Notes under the pieces: model-generated
Databases searched by the model: none
Seen by the model: the letters and a program-made list of their open reading frames with translations, nothing else
Told to the model about the DNA's origin: nothing
In this document: one piece after another, positions 10,207 through 20,894 of the stretch
Position numbering within the stretch: position 1 is the first letter of the stretch
How the letters are laid out: the number at the start of each line of letters is the position of its first letter
Program-made: the position numbers and the translations under genes
Assembly: GCA_963753595.1 (NCBI GenBank)
Contig: CAVWCX010000002.1
Span: forward strand, 68,060-132,059
Reading direction: 5' to 3'
Source of the DNA: Candidatus Methanoperedenaceae archaeon
GTDB lineage: Archaea; Halobacteriota; Methanosarcinia; Methanosarcinales; Methanoperedenaceae
Length of the DNA stretch: 64,000 nucleotides

Positions 10207-10641
10207 TTAGGCAAGTGGATTGATTGTTTTTAGCCAGGGAATCTTTTTAAAGTCCTTTTCATTTTCCGTATAAATTGAGAATACATTATTCTCTTTCATA
10301 GTTGCAGCCAGTAATGCGTCCCAATAGTGAATGCCATGTTTTGAGCTGATTCCGATAGCTGATTTAATTGTTTGAGCATTAAAATTAAGGACATGCCAGC
10401 CCTTGAAATCTATGATATGTTCGATAAAGTCTTTTGCAACCTTTATGGGGATCGGATTTGAAATCTTTTTTGTTACAACAACATAGAACTCTGAAAGGTT
10501 CTGGACAGAAACGGTAAGATCTCTTTTTCTTTTCCAGCAGTCTGCCACAAGCTCATTGCATATCTTTCTCTTTTCAGGTTCACCCTCATCAAAAACATAG
10601 CTCAGTAAGTTCGAATCGATAAGGATAAGTTCATCGCTCAT
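10207..10641 (-). CDS. vapC: VapC/PIN-domain toxin
   Basis: LIDSNLL, QNLSEF, YWDALLAA, TENEKDF. Confidence 0.88.
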   Translation of the reverse strand: MSDELILIDSNLLSYVFDEGEPEKRKICNELVADCWKRKRDLTVSVQNLSEFYVVVTKKISNPIPIKVAKDFIEHIIDFKGWHVLNFNAQTIKSAIGISSKHGIHYWDALLAATMKENNVFSIYTENEKDFKKIPWLKTINPLA

Positions 10642-10870
10642 AGAGTTCATCCCTATCCCTGTATAGTCTCTTACCGAAATTGAATTTCAGTTCAAGTAGT
10701 GCCAATGCCTCTTGCGCTATTTTTTCCTGCCTTTTTTCATATACCCATTTCTGCATCGCTTCAGTCAGCGCTTTCCCAAGGTCTCCTTTTCTGGCGCCGT
10801 GGACATTGCGGACAAGCTTTCGAAAATCCTTTTCGACGTCGTCTTTGACGTTTACTGTTATCGTGCCCAT
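10631..10870 (-). CDS. Ribbon-helix-helix antitoxin (VapB-like)
   Basis: MGTITVNVKDDVEKDFR; C-terminal RDELYER; overlaps the toxin start. Confidence 0.8.
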   Translation of the reverse strand: MGTITVNVKDDVEKDFRKLVRNVHGARKGDLGKALTEAMQKWVYEKRQEKIAQEALALLELKFNFGKRLYRDRDELYER

Positions 10871-10933
10871 GAATGTAAATTGATTTTTGATGTATTTAAA
10901 TGTTTAGTAGTTATAAATTTTTATCAATTTTTT

Positions 10934-11683
10934 CTAAATTTTCAGTTCATCTATGTGAATCATTTCTTCAATATCAAGTAAAATAGATAACTCATTTGTA
11001 TCTATTTCAATTTCACTTTCCTGCACAAAAGCCATGGGATTTGTACCGCCGATCACAGCAATGCCCAGTTTATCCCTTCCCACCTGGATACCCAGTATAT
11101 CATTATTGGGCTCCCCGACTTCAAGAATACACGAGAATCCCGCTTCACCGAGGGAATCAAGCACATGTTCTATCCTGTCGCGGGCTGACATGGGAGCTTC
11201 TCTCAGATTTGCCAGTATCTTTCCAGTGCCGGTGTTGATCATCTGGGTCACAGATGTGAGTTCCTGGGACATAAAAACATCAAGGGGATCGATCGTCGTG
11301 CTGTCGTATGTCAAAACATCGGTAAATCTCAGTGGCGAACCTTCATGGATCTCAATAACCCCACCCAATTTCGGTTTTACAGGTATTCCGGCTTTTAGCA
11401 GGACCCCATCTATCGTGATACTGCAGGCTGTAGCTATTCCAACCTTTCCGGTTTCAATTTTGACATCGCCGATTTTTTCTCCCGGGCGTATTATTTTAAT
11501 ATATGGGCTTACTGCAAGCCCGCTATGGATAGCCTGCCTGAAAAGACCGATGATCTTTTTGAGCTCTGATTCATTTACTATGGAGATATTTACGATTATT
11601 TTACCTTTTCTTTTTACCGGATCAAAGGTAACCTCATACATCATATTTTCGATCCTTGAGATAATGAACATTAAATCAGCCAT
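10934..11683 (-). CDS. NrpR-family nitrogen regulator lacking the HTH (NrpRII-like, DUF128)
   Basis: [34 protein letters not shown]. Confidence 0.85.
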   Translation of the reverse strand: MADLMFIISRIENMMYEVTFDPVKRKGKIIVNISIVNESELKKIIGLFRQAIHSGLAVSPYIKIIRPGEKIGDVKIETGKVGIATACSITIDGVLLKAGIPVKPKLGGVIEIHEGSPLRFTDVLTYDSTTIDPLDVFMSQELTSVTQMINTGTGKILANLREAPMSARDRIEHVLDSLGEAGFSCILEVGEPNNDILGIQVGRDKLGIAVIGGTNPMAFVQESEIEIDTNELSILLDIEEMIHIDELKI

Positions 11684-11759
11684 ATTAATTCAGAAGTCAT
11701 GTATAATTACAATGAGTCATAAACATACCGAAAGATTAAGTATTTTAGAATTGTAAGAA

Positions 11760-12779
11760 GTGATATTAATGAATAAACAGGTAGTAATTGATATTGTAAA
11801 AAATATTTTTTCAAATCGTGGTTACAATATAAGTTCTTCTGAAATGTGCGACCTTCTTGCTGAAAAGGATAATGAACATTTTTTAATAATATTTGAAAAA
11901 GACCCTAATTTTAATAATATCAGGTATTTTTCAAATAAGGCGAAAAGATATGGTAAGGGAATAGTGATATCAGATTCCTTTGATGAAAAGATACGCATGT
12001 TCGCACTTGATGATGGCCTTACTCTCTGGGACAGGGGGGAACTTGAAATGCAGATCGGCAGAGTAGTGCTGGGAGATGCTCTTTCAAAGTATGAGGAAAA
12101 ACAGACTGTAAAAGAGGAAAGTGTTTTTTCATCCATTCAAGATCAAGCGGAAGTAAATGAACATCTGGCAAAAGAACATTTTACAAAAGAAAATTATTCA
12201 CAGGATTATGAAAAAACTATAAAAGTAATGCTGCGTTGCGTACCTGTAAATATAGGAAAAAAAGATGCTTTATCAATAGCGCAAGCTAAAGTCGGAACGC
12301 CAAAAAGCCAGACATTGAAATTCATCCCGGTCTGGAATTATCGTTATTCTTTTAACATCCAGAAGAAATATAAATCAAAACTGGTTGACCTGACGGGTGA
12401 GGGTGAAGGATATATTCATGCTATAACGGGTGAGAATTTTTTTAATAAATACACAGACATCAGGGAAAATATCCTGATGCCTACCCAGAATTATGATATA
12501 AGGCAGCCAACTATCCAGAAAAAAGATGCTTCAGTAAAAGCCCTGAATTCCATTATCCGGGAACATACAAAGCAAGTAAGGCTGAATGAAATGATAGGTG
12601 ATACGATAGTCTTCGAAAACAGGATATTTGCGCCTGATCCATCTGAAATTAATCTAAATATGGATATACTGTACGTTCCTGTATGGGAGATAAAAGGTAA
12701 ACGCGAAGTAATTGATATAAACGGGTATGACGGGCATATAATGGCAATTAAGCTTTACAATGATGCTGAGCTGGTTTGA
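11760..12779 (+). CDS. Hypothetical protein with N-terminal restriction-endonuclease-like (Mrr-type) fold
   Basis: IFSNRGY..DLLAEK...GLTLWDR; C-terminal YVPVWEI..G....INGYDG. Confidence 0.55.
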   Translation: MILMNKQVVIDIVKNIFSNRGYNISSSEMCDLLAEKDNEHFLIIFEKDPNFNNIRYFSNKAKRYGKGIVISDSFDEKIRMFALDDGLTLWDRGELEMQIGRVVLGDALSKYEEKQTVKEESVFSSIQDQAEVNEHLAKEHFTKENYSQDYEKTIKVMLRCVPVNIGKKDALSIAQAKVGTPKSQTLKFIPVWNYRYSFNIQKKYKSKLVDLTGEGEGYIHAITGENFFNKYTDIRENILMPTQNYDIRQPTIQKKDASVKALNSIIREHTKQVRLNEMIGDTIVFENRIFAPDPSEINLNMDILYVPVWEIKGKREVIDINGYDGHIMAIKLYNDAELV

Positions 12780-12793
12780 ACCCGGATAGCCAC

Positions 12794-13645
12794 TCAAATC
12801 GTAATAGAATTAATTTTGGTACTATTTTTCATCATACCATTCTGGATAGAATTCAAAATATTCATCTCTATATTAACAAATTCATTGATTTTTTTGTATA
12901 TTGTCATTTTTCCCTCCCCTGTGGCAGAATATTTCTTTGTCCTCATGTTTCCCTTCTCGAATTCTGCATATAATACCCCGTCTTTCTTGAGTTTATATAA
13001 AATTGAATATACAGTCCCCTGGCTCAATAAAACATTATATTTTTTATTAATCTCTTTAATTATCTCCAGGCCGCACATGGGTTTTTCAGACAGGAACTTT
13101 AGTAATATTATCTCCAGATGGCTTTTGACTATATCTTCTGTGCAGGCAATATTATTATTAAAAATATTATTATTATTAAAAAAGGTCACAACAAAATTAT
13201 CCCGTGAATTGCTGATTTTATTTAATGAAAATATCGGCCCGGATTTGTCCAATGTCCTTATTTTATCGTAGTATTGCTTTACTTTTAGCAGGGATTTCAC
13301 TCTTTCACATAATATATCAATATCAAAAGGCTTGGACAGGAATTCATCAGCTCCCGCCTGAATGGCCTTTATCCTGTCAGGCTTATCCTTAAGGTTGCTG
13401 ATCAATATTACCGGGATTGAAATTGTATTTTCATTTCCTTTAAGCTTCCTGCACACTTCGTATCCACTCATGCCCTGCATTATTATGTCAAGGATTATTA
13501 TGTCCGGAAGGGATTTTTTAACCTGTGCCAATGCTTCATTTCCATTAAAAGCCTTGATTATCTCGTAATCATTAGATAGAATCCCATCCAGCAGTTCGAC
13601 ATTTACCGGTTCATCATCAACCACAAGTATCTTGCATTTATCCAT
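12794..13645 (-). CDS. Response regulator receiver fused to a PadR-type wHTH
   Basis: ILVVDDE, DIIM, GADEFLSKPF; C-terminal LSQGTVYSILYKL...KKYSATGEG. Confidence 0.85.
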   Translation of the reverse strand: MDKCKILVVDDEPVNVELLDGILSNDYEIIKAFNGNEALAQVKKSLPDIIILDIIMQGMSGYEVCRKLKGNENTISIPVILISNLKDKPDRIKAIQAGADEFLSKPFDIDILCERVKSLLKVKQYYDKIRTLDKSGPIFSLNKISNSRDNFVVTFFNNNNIFNNNIACTEDIVKSHLEIILLKFLSEKPMCGLEIIKEINKKYNVLLSQGTVYSILYKLKKDGVLYAEFEKGNMRTKKYSATGEGKMTIYKKINEFVNIEMNILNSIQNGMMKNSTKINSITI

Positions 13646-14140
13646 GATATCATAATCCCTCTTTTTTTAAAACCTTACCATAAGGAAGTTTATTATTAGC
13701 AGGAGCAATTATATAATGTGATTTGTGAAAAACGTGTGAACAAAATGAAAAAAAGAAGTCAGCTACATCAGATGGTCGCTGCTTCAACTTCGGAAGTTAT
13801 GGTGTTTAACTTTCAAATTTTGTTTAGTAATTTGTTTTAAATTTTGTTTCAAAATTTGAAAGATGAGAAACTTTATTTAACATCATGCATATTATAAGAA
13901 TGTAATGCCTATAACACATTGCCACAAGAAGAATACTTACCATACTATCTTCCATTGAGCCATCCACTCAATAATAAAAAGGCCAAATGTCATAGGCATT
14001 TCTGTTAATTATTTTATATGTGTATTACAAAGAACAAAAATAGGCCATATCATTCGCGCCCGGACATTCGGGGACTACACAGTTAATTATATTATAGGTC
14101 GAATGCATTTCAAGACTGTGGTATTGCGCGGAAATAGGAT

Positions 14141-15913
14141 ATGAATGATTTTTATCCCGGGAAAGGAGCAGAAATGAAAAAGACAAGCCCGGATTCAAAA
14201 GATTATTTGCTCATTGTCGGTTTTTCCCTTAGCGTGTTCTACCTGGTTTTTGAATCCTTTTTACATAGTTTCTGGAGTGGAAATACGTTTATGGAGGAGT
14301 TATTCCACCCAACCCGGGAGATACTGTTTATCCGGTCGTTTGTCGTATTTATTTTCATAGCGTTCACTTATTATTCCAGATATATTATCACTAAGACCAG
14401 GCGCATTGAAGAGGAAAAGAACCGCCTTCTTAAAGCTATAGCCAGCAGTACCGAAGGTATTACCATAGCCGATGAAAAAGACCGTTATCTATATGTAAAC
14501 GCCGCTTATGCCGGAATATTCGGCTATAACCGGGAAGATTTTATTGGAGAAACATGGCGCAAAATCACCCCCACCGAAATAATACCAGAAACCAAAAAGG
14601 CCCTGGAAGGAACTTTGAAAAATAAGGAAATAGGTATATTCAAGGGGGAGGTCCCTGGTTTAAAGAAAGACGGGGGGATAATTCCTACGGAAGTCATTGC
14701 CACAGGGATCTGGGATGAGAATGGAAATTACACCGGTCATATTTGTACAGTCAGGGATATTACCGAAAAAAAACAAACTGAAAATGATCTTAAAGAAAGC
14801 GAGAAAAAGTTCCGCACAATATTTGAAGGGACAGATGTCGGAATAGCGCTTTTCGATTGGAATGGACGGTTCATAGCGAACAATTCTGCGTTGCAAAAGA
14901 TTTTAGGTTTTGGTTCAAAAGAGCTTAACTTTGAGCTGATCAACGAATTGACCCATCCGGAAGATCTCAAGGCTGATTTAGGATATTACAATGAAATGAT
15001 GGCAGGGAAACGCGATGGTTACCAGATCGAAAAACGCTACATCAGAAAAGATGGTATAATTATTTGGGGGTTGCTGACCGTTTCACTTGTTAAGGGAGAT
15101 GATAAACCTCGATTCGTCATTTGCATGTTAAAAGATATCACAGAACGTAAGAATGCAGAAGGAATTCGTCTTGAGAATGAGCGCCTGATGTATTCAAATA
15201 AAGCCAAGAACGAGTTCCTGGCACACATGAGCCATGAGCTGCGTACCCCTTTGACTTCCATTATCGGATTTTCCCAACTCCTCAAGCGCAGGATAAACGG
15301 GGGATTAAATACAAAACAGGAGCTTTATGTGGATAACGTTGTTGAAAGCGGAAAATTCCTGCTTGATCTTATAAACGATATTCTTGACCTTAGCAAGATA
15401 GAAGCCCAAAAGCTGGAACTTTTTATCGAACAAATATCTGTGGACGAAGTCATGGAAGAAACTTTTGCAATATTGAAGGAACAGGCGGTAAACCGTAATA
15501 TAACAATGGTAATAAATATAGAACCCGGGCTGGATTTTATCCGGGCTGACAGGCAGAGATTAAAACAGGTGCTTTTTAACCTGTTAAGCAATGCTTTGAA
15601 ATTCAGTAAAGAAGAGGGAGGAACAGTGACAGTATCAGTCACAAAATCCGGGAACATGGCTCAATTTTCGGTATCGGATACAGGAATAGGCATAAAAGTT
15701 GATGACCTTGGTAAATTGTTCCGGAAATTTGAACAGCTTGATTCGGGATACAATAGAAAGAGTGAGGGAACAGGACTCGGACTTGCGATTTCAAAACAGC
15801 TTGTAGAACTTCATGGCGGCAAGATCATGGCCAAGAGCAGGTATGGTGAAGGGAGTACATTCATATTTTCCATTCCGATAGAGACAATAACGAACCAGGG
15901 AACATCCACCTGA
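14141..15913 (+). CDS. Membrane PAS-PAS sensor histidine kinase
   Basis: Two TM helices, two PAS/PAC repeats, H-box FLAHMSHELRTPL, NLLSNALKF, DTGIG, GTGLGL. Confidence 0.93.
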   Translation: MNDFYPGKGAEMKKTSPDSKDYLLIVGFSLSVFYLVFESFLHSFWSGNTFMEELFHPTREILFIRSFVVFIFIAFTYYSRYIITKTRRIEEEKNRLLKAIASSTEGITIADEKDRYLYVNAAYAGIFGYNREDFIGETWRKITPTEIIPETKKALEGTLKNKEIGIFKGEVPGLKKDGGIIPTEVIATGIWDENGNYTGHICTVRDITEKKQTENDLKESEKKFRTIFEGTDVGIALFDWNGRFIANNSALQKILGFGSKELNFELINELTHPEDLKADLGYYNEMMAGKRDGYQIEKRYIRKDGIIIWGLLTVSLVKGDDKPRFVICMLKDITERKNAEGIRLENERLMYSNKAKNEFLAHMSHELRTPLTSIIGFSQLLKRRINGGLNTKQELYVDNVVESGKFLLDLINDILDLSKIEAQKLELFIEQISVDEVMEETFAILKEQAVNRNITMVINIEPGLDFIRADRQRLKQVLFNLLSNALKFSKEEGGTVTVSVTKSGNMAQFSVSDTGIGIKVDDLGKLFRKFEQLDSGYNRKSEGTGLGLAISKQLVELHGGKIMAKSRYGEGSTFIFSIPIETITNQGTST

Positions 15914-16042
15914 AAATGCGCAATGCGCAAAAATCGCAGGGAAAAATATATGAAATTTTTCAGGACTACACAATATGAAATTTTGTTGGGAAAAGATAAT
16001 TAATAAGTAATCCAATCTTATGTCAACTGTGAAGGTGATATT

Positions 16043-16354
16043 ATTCAGGAGTACTCATTTAAAAGAGGTTTTTCCCCGGATATCGGGCGAATAAGAAGCG
16101 TGCTTGAGAAAAATTTTGAGACCGGGATCAAAGAGGATAATGGCAAATTAACCATTGTTTATGGTGCTTTCAGCCGTTTAACTGTCTCTATTGATAATAA
16201 AAAACTGATCGTGGATTCAGAATCAAATAAAGTAATAAAAGATGATGAAATTCTTGATACCAATAAGCGTTTCAGGATTTTTCTTGAAGAGGCAACGGGT
16301 TATACCGCTAAAGAAAGGCTCAAAATGGCAAAGAAAGCAGTTCAGGGAGTTTGA
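16043..16354 (+). CDS. DUF5611-like protein (probable ATT start)
   Basis: GGTGA RBS then ATT-CAG-GAG-TAC (xQEYSFKRGF); C-terminal FLEEATGYTAKER. Confidence 0.75.
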   Translation: MQEYSFKRGFSPDIGRIRSVLEKNFETGIKEDNGKLTIVYGAFSRLTVSIDNKKLIVDSESNKVIKDDEILDTNKRFRIFLEEATGYTAKERLKMAKKAVQGV

Positions 16355-16854
16355 ATTTGCAGGATGTCCTCAGGAGGCCTGATATTCCTGCCTGCCTCAG
16401 GATATGCGCAGGCACGGATGGTTCGGTCACACAGCTTCTTGAGGTACTGACTGGAAAAAGCGTAAAAGTTGAAACGATTTCCCAGGGTGTTATTAAGGCA
16501 ACAAGGGATATTGCCAGGCTTCTTGATATTGGAACCGGGGAAGATGTCAATGACCGTCTTGTTACATTGAAGGTCGATGACATCGTTTATGTCCTGGCGA
16601 AGTCCCTTTCGCCTATTAACAGGATTCCAGAGGCTGTCAGGGCCGACCTGATGCGGGCTGATATTCCTATAGGAAGGATATTGCGTGAGCATAAACTTGA
16701 GACCAGGCGCGATATTCTTAAAATGGAAATAGTGCACAGGGATTTTTTCGGACAACTGCCTGTTCTTTCAAGGGAGTATAAAATAATATATGAAAATGCT
16801 GTGCTGATGTGGATAAATGAATGTTTTCCGGTAGACGGACGATGGAAAATGTGA
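16351..16854 (+). CDS. Chorismate pyruvate-lyase family protein (DUF98)
   Basis: TDGSVTQLLE, ADIPIGRIL, SREY, INECFP. Confidence 0.85.
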   Translation: MNLQDVLRRPDIPACLRICAGTDGSVTQLLEVLTGKSVKVETISQGVIKATRDIARLLDIGTGEDVNDRLVTLKVDDIVYVLAKSLSPINRIPEAVRADLMRADIPIGRILREHKLETRRDILKMEIVHRDFFGQLPVLSREYKIIYENAVLMWINECFPVDGRWKM

Positions 16855-16998
16855 ACGGTTCGATTTTCATTTTTTGAGGCGAAAGCCTTTATTTTTAACA
16901 TAATTATTTTACCGTTGGTTTTTTAAACTTTTAGTATAATCATGCACCCAATGCAAAAATAAGGCTTATTGCATTAAATTAAAATTGCAGGAAGTATT

Positions 16999-17280
16999 AT
17001 GATCACTAAAAAAGACCTTGAGCATATTGGGTGGCTTGCACGCATTGAATTAAGTGAAGAAGACAAGGAAAAATATACACCAAAGCTCAACTCTGTTCTT
17101 GATTATTTCGGGGAGCTTGATAAAGCGGATACCGAAGGTGTGGAACCTTTATATCATGCAATGCCTGTGAGCAATGTTTTCAGGGAAGATGTTCCCACAG
17201 CATCGCTGTCGCAGGAAGAAGCGCTTTCCAACGCCCCGAAGAACCAGGATGGTTTCATAAAGGCACCAAGGATGATGTAA
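16999..17280 (+). CDS. gatC: Asp/Glu-tRNA amidotransferase subunit C
   Basis: LARIELSEE, NVFRED, NAP...GFIKAPR. Confidence 0.95.
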   Translation: MITKKDLEHIGWLARIELSEEDKEKYTPKLNSVLDYFGELDKADTEGVEPLYHAMPVSNVFREDVPTASLSQEEALSNAPKNQDGFIKAPRMM

Positions 17281-18699
17281 ATGGCATCGATCAATGAACT
17301 CACAGAAAGGATCCATGCCGATTCCTCGGAGGAAATCGTTGCCGAATACCTGGAAAGGATCGAAAAAAGCAAATTGAATGCTTTTATCTCGGTAGCAAAA
17401 GAAAGCGCACTTTTGCGTGCCAGGGAGATCGATTCGAATGGACATGACGGGCCGCTTGCCGGAATACCAGTAGCGATAAAAGACAATATTTCGACAAAAG
17501 GTATCGCGACCACATGCGCTTCAAAGATACTGACAGGTTATATCCCTCCTTATGATGCCCATGTTATTGAAAAACTGAAAAATGCCGGCGCGATCATAAT
17601 CGGAAAGGCGAACATGGATGAATTCGCAATGGGCTCATCCACAGAGACAAGCTTCTACGGCCCGACCCTTAATCCATGGGACACGACAAGAGTCCCTGGC
17701 GGCTCATCTGGCGGAAGCGCCGCGGCAGTGGCGGGAGGCGAAGCGCCACTTTCTCTTGGTTCGGATACCGGCGGCTCAGTCCGATGTCCTGCATCGTTTT
17801 GCGGTGTTGTGGGGTTAAAACCAACTTACGGGGTTATATCGCGCTACGGACTTATTTCATATGCCAACTCGCTTGAGCAGATAGGGCCTTTTGCAGCAAG
17901 CGTTCGTGATGTTACTACACTTTTTGATGTAATTTCAGGCTATGATCCCCGCGATTCCACATCTTTTGACAGGGAAACAAATTATTCATCAGCCCTCATA
18001 AACGATGTAAAGGGATTGAAAATTGGCGTTCCTGAAGAATATTTCGCAGAGGGGACAGATAAGAACGTTGAAAAGTCGGTAAGGGATGCCATCAATACCC
18101 TGGAAGAGCTCGGCGCGACAAGTGTTGAGGTAAAGATGCCGCATACAAAATATGCACTTTCTGCTTACTATGTTATTGCCATGAGTGAAGCATCCTCTAA
18201 CCTTGCCAGGTTTGACGGAATGAGATACGGCCTCCGGACCGAAGATTCGGACTGGCATACCACTTTCTCACAGGTAAGGTCAGCAGGCTTTGGCGATGAG
18301 GTCAAGCGGCGCATCCTGCTGGGGACATACGCCCTTTCGGCAGGGTATCATGATAAATATTACTTAAAAGCCCTGAAGATCAGGACCCTTATAAAACAGG
18401 ACTTTGAGCAGGCATTCGAGGATGTGGATGTTCTCATTACGCCTACTATGCCGTATCCGGCATTCAAGATCGGTGAAAAGATCGATGATCCTGTGTCGCT
18501 TTATCTTGCTGATGTTGATACTGTGCCAATAAATCTTGCAGGTGTTCCTTCCATATCATTGCCATGCGGCTTTTCAGGAGGCTTACCAATCGGGATGCAG
18601 GTGATAGGGAAGCATTTTGATGAAGCTGCAATTTTACGCACAGCTTTTGCATTTGAAGAGAATACGGATTTCCACACAAAGGAACCGGAGGGAAAGTAA
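17281..18699 (+). CDS. gatA: Asp/Glu-tRNA amidotransferase subunit A
   Basis: Amidase signature GGSSGGSAAAV, GSDTGGSVRCPA, EASSNLARFDG. Confidence 0.97.
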   Translation: MASINELTERIHADSSEEIVAEYLERIEKSKLNAFISVAKESALLRAREIDSNGHDGPLAGIPVAIKDNISTKGIATTCASKILTGYIPPYDAHVIEKLKNAGAIIIGKANMDEFAMGSSTETSFYGPTLNPWDTTRVPGGSSGGSAAAVAGGEAPLSLGSDTGGSVRCPASFCGVVGLKPTYGVISRYGLISYANSLEQIGPFAASVRDVTTLFDVISGYDPRDSTSFDRETNYSSALINDVKGLKIGVPEEYFAEGTDKNVEKSVRDAINTLEELGATSVEVKMPHTKYALSAYYVIAMSEASSNLARFDGMRYGLRTEDSDWHTTFSQVRSAGFGDEVKRRILLGTYALSAGYHDKYYLKALKIRTLIKQDFEQAFEDVDVLITPTMPYPAFKIGEKIDDPVSLYLADVDTVPINLAGVPSISLPCGFSGGLPIGMQVIGKHFDEAAILRTAFAFEENTDFHTKEPEGK

Positions 18700-20243
18700 T
18701 GTACGAGAATCCTGATGGCGTAATGATAGGGCTTGAAGTTCACGTCCAGTTGAACAAGCTGAAAACAAAGGTGTTCTGCGGATGCAGCACCGACTACCAT
18801 AACGATCCGCCTAACTCGCATGTGTGTCCCGTATGTCTCGGACTTCCCGGATCACTGCCTGTCATCAACAGGAAAGCAGTTGAATCAGCCATAAAAATCG
18901 GGCTTGCCCTTAATTGCGCAGTAGAAGAGCACACACAGTTTTACAGGAAGAATTATTATTATCCTGATCTTCCAAAAGGCTTCCAGATAACCCAGTATGA
19001 TTTTCCCATTTCAAGCGGCGGCTACATCATGATCGAGGGTGAAGATGGAGAACACAGGGTGGGAATAACACGGGCTCATATGGAAGAAGATCCGGGAAGG
19101 CTTGTGCATGAAGGAACGATCGATAAATCAAAATATACGCTTATCGATTACAACCGTTCAGGTATGGCGCTGATCGAGATAGTAAGCGATCCCGATATGC
19201 GAAGCCCGAAAGAGGCGCGCCGGTATCTCGACAAACTGCGAAACATCCTTGAATATCTTGATATTTTCGACGGGGATCTTGAAGGCGCGCTCCGTGTGGA
19301 TGCGAACATTTCCATCATGGGCGGCCAGCGTGCCGAGATAAAGAACATCTCATCGCACAAGGGCGCAGAACGCGCTCTCCTGTTTGAGATCGTGCGCCAG
19401 AAGAACGTGCTCAGGAGGGGCGGCGTGGTAGTCCAGGAGACGCGCCACTTTGACGAGGCGCGCGAAATTACGCTTTCCATGCGTTCCAAGGAAGAAGCAC
19501 ATGATTACCGCTATTTCCCCGAACCCGATCTTGTCCCTCTTAAGATTTCAGGCTGGGCGCCGGCCATCAAGGCAACGCTGCCTGAGCTTCCCGATGCAAG
19601 AAGGATGAGGTTTGTGCAGGAATATGGTATCATGGATGACCATGCCAAAGCGCTGACGTCGGAATTGAAGCTTGCAATATTTTATGAAGATGTTGTCGCG
19701 GAAAAAGCTGATCCAAAGACAGCGGCGGTCTGGATATGCGATGTACTTAAAGGGGAACTGAATTATCGCGACCTGACGATTGATTCTTTTAAGAAAGAGG
19801 ATATGATCGAGATAATAAAAATGCTTAAGGATAAGCTAATTACTGAGGATGGCGCGGTTGATTTAATTAGGATGATTCTTGATAAAGGTGGCTCGCCTAA
19901 GGAAATTGTTTTGAGAGAAAGAGACACCTTTTTAAGGATTGATGAGGGTTCTAGTGGTTTTGTTGAAGAACAAGCGAATCAGGCGATAAATGAGAACCCG
20001 CAGGCTGTGTCTGATTATAAAGCAGGGAAGGTAAAAGCCCTTAACTCACTCGTCGGCGCGGTCATGAAGAAGACGAAGGGAAGGGTGGATGCGAGGGCGG
20101 CGAGGGATATTCTAATAAATATTTTAAGTGGTGGATTTTACCCACCCTTAGAAGAAAAAATAAAAAAGAAAAGTATCAAAATAGGCAACGAAACGATAGA
20201 AGTATCTGAACCGATAGCAAAATTGCTGGAGAAAAAGGAGTAA
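18699..20243 (+). CDS. gatB: Asp/Glu-tRNA amidotransferase subunit B
   Basis: IGLEVHVQL, RKNYYYPDLPKGFQITQ, DYRYFPEPDL. Confidence 0.97.
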   Translation: MYENPDGVMIGLEVHVQLNKLKTKVFCGCSTDYHNDPPNSHVCPVCLGLPGSLPVINRKAVESAIKIGLALNCAVEEHTQFYRKNYYYPDLPKGFQITQYDFPISSGGYIMIEGEDGEHRVGITRAHMEEDPGRLVHEGTIDKSKYTLIDYNRSGMALIEIVSDPDMRSPKEARRYLDKLRNILEYLDIFDGDLEGALRVDANISIMGGQRAEIKNISSHKGAERALLFEIVRQKNVLRRGGVVVQETRHFDEAREITLSMRSKEEAHDYRYFPEPDLVPLKISGWAPAIKATLPELPDARRMRFVQEYGIMDDHAKALTSELKLAIFYEDVVAEKADPKTAAVWICDVLKGELNYRDLTIDSFKKEDMIEIIKMLKDKLITEDGAVDLIRMILDKGGSPKEIVLRERDTFLRIDEGSSGFVEEQANQAINENPQAVSDYKAGKVKALNSLVGAVMKKTKGRVDARAARDILINILSGGFYPPLEEKIKKKSIKIGNETIEVSEPIAKLLEKKE

Positions 20244-20254
20244 TATCGTTCAGA

Positions 20255-20400
20255 TAAATATTTTTTTAGCTCGCTCGGAGTAACCGCTTTTTTCTCAACA
20301 CCAAGAATTATTATATAATTTTTATTATTCCAAGTAATAAGCCCTGTCCCCATCTCATGAACAAAAATAGTAACGATAGCCACATCATAATATTCGATCG
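20255..20400 (-). pseudogene. Degenerate duplicate of the 3' part of the adjacent vapC
   Basis: IEYYDVAIVTIFVHEMG...GVEKKAVTPSELKK versus IEYQDVAIAATFVREKG...GVEKVAITPAEFKK. Confidence 0.8.
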
Positions 20401-20465
20401 GATGCCTCTCCTCTGTAACTCCCGCTGCCAAATCCTCCAATTCGCCAACGACTCCGCCGAAGAAA

Positions 20466-20894
20466 TCATATTTTCTTCTTAAACTCAGCCGGAGTTATTG
20501 CTACTTTCTCCACACCGGGAATTATATCAAAATGCTTCTTATTCCCGGTAAGCAGCCAGTCCCCCTTCTCACGAACAAAAGTAGCAGCGATAGCCACGTC
20601 CTGATACTCAATTGGAAGACCGTTTGCTATAAGGTAAGCATTCAGCTTTCCTATAATTTCGGCAATTTCCATATCAAGAGGTACGATCTGGAAACATGCA
20701 AAAAGTTCTTTTGCTTTTTTCGTGGCTTTTTTATAGTCTGTCCTGAGATATGTCCCTGTAAATATCTCAGATTCAACGACAAAGCTTATCAGAATAGAAT
20801 TATTTTGTTCAATCAGATGGTCAAGTAATCCTGCTGTTTCTTCTTTTCCTCTTTCAATATCCACGATTACACTGGTGTCTATGAAAATTTTCAT
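20466..20894 (-). CDS. vapC: VapC/PIN-domain toxin
   Basis: FIDTSVIVD, ESEIF.G, DVAIAAT, LTGNKKHF. Confidence 0.9.
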   Translation of the reverse strand: MKIFIDTSVIVDIERGKEETAGLLDHLIEQNNSILISFVVESEIFTGTYLRTDYKKATKKAKELFACFQIVPLDMEIAEIIGKLNAYLIANGLPIEYQDVAIAATFVREKGDWLLTGNKKHFDIIPGVEKVAITPAEFKKKI

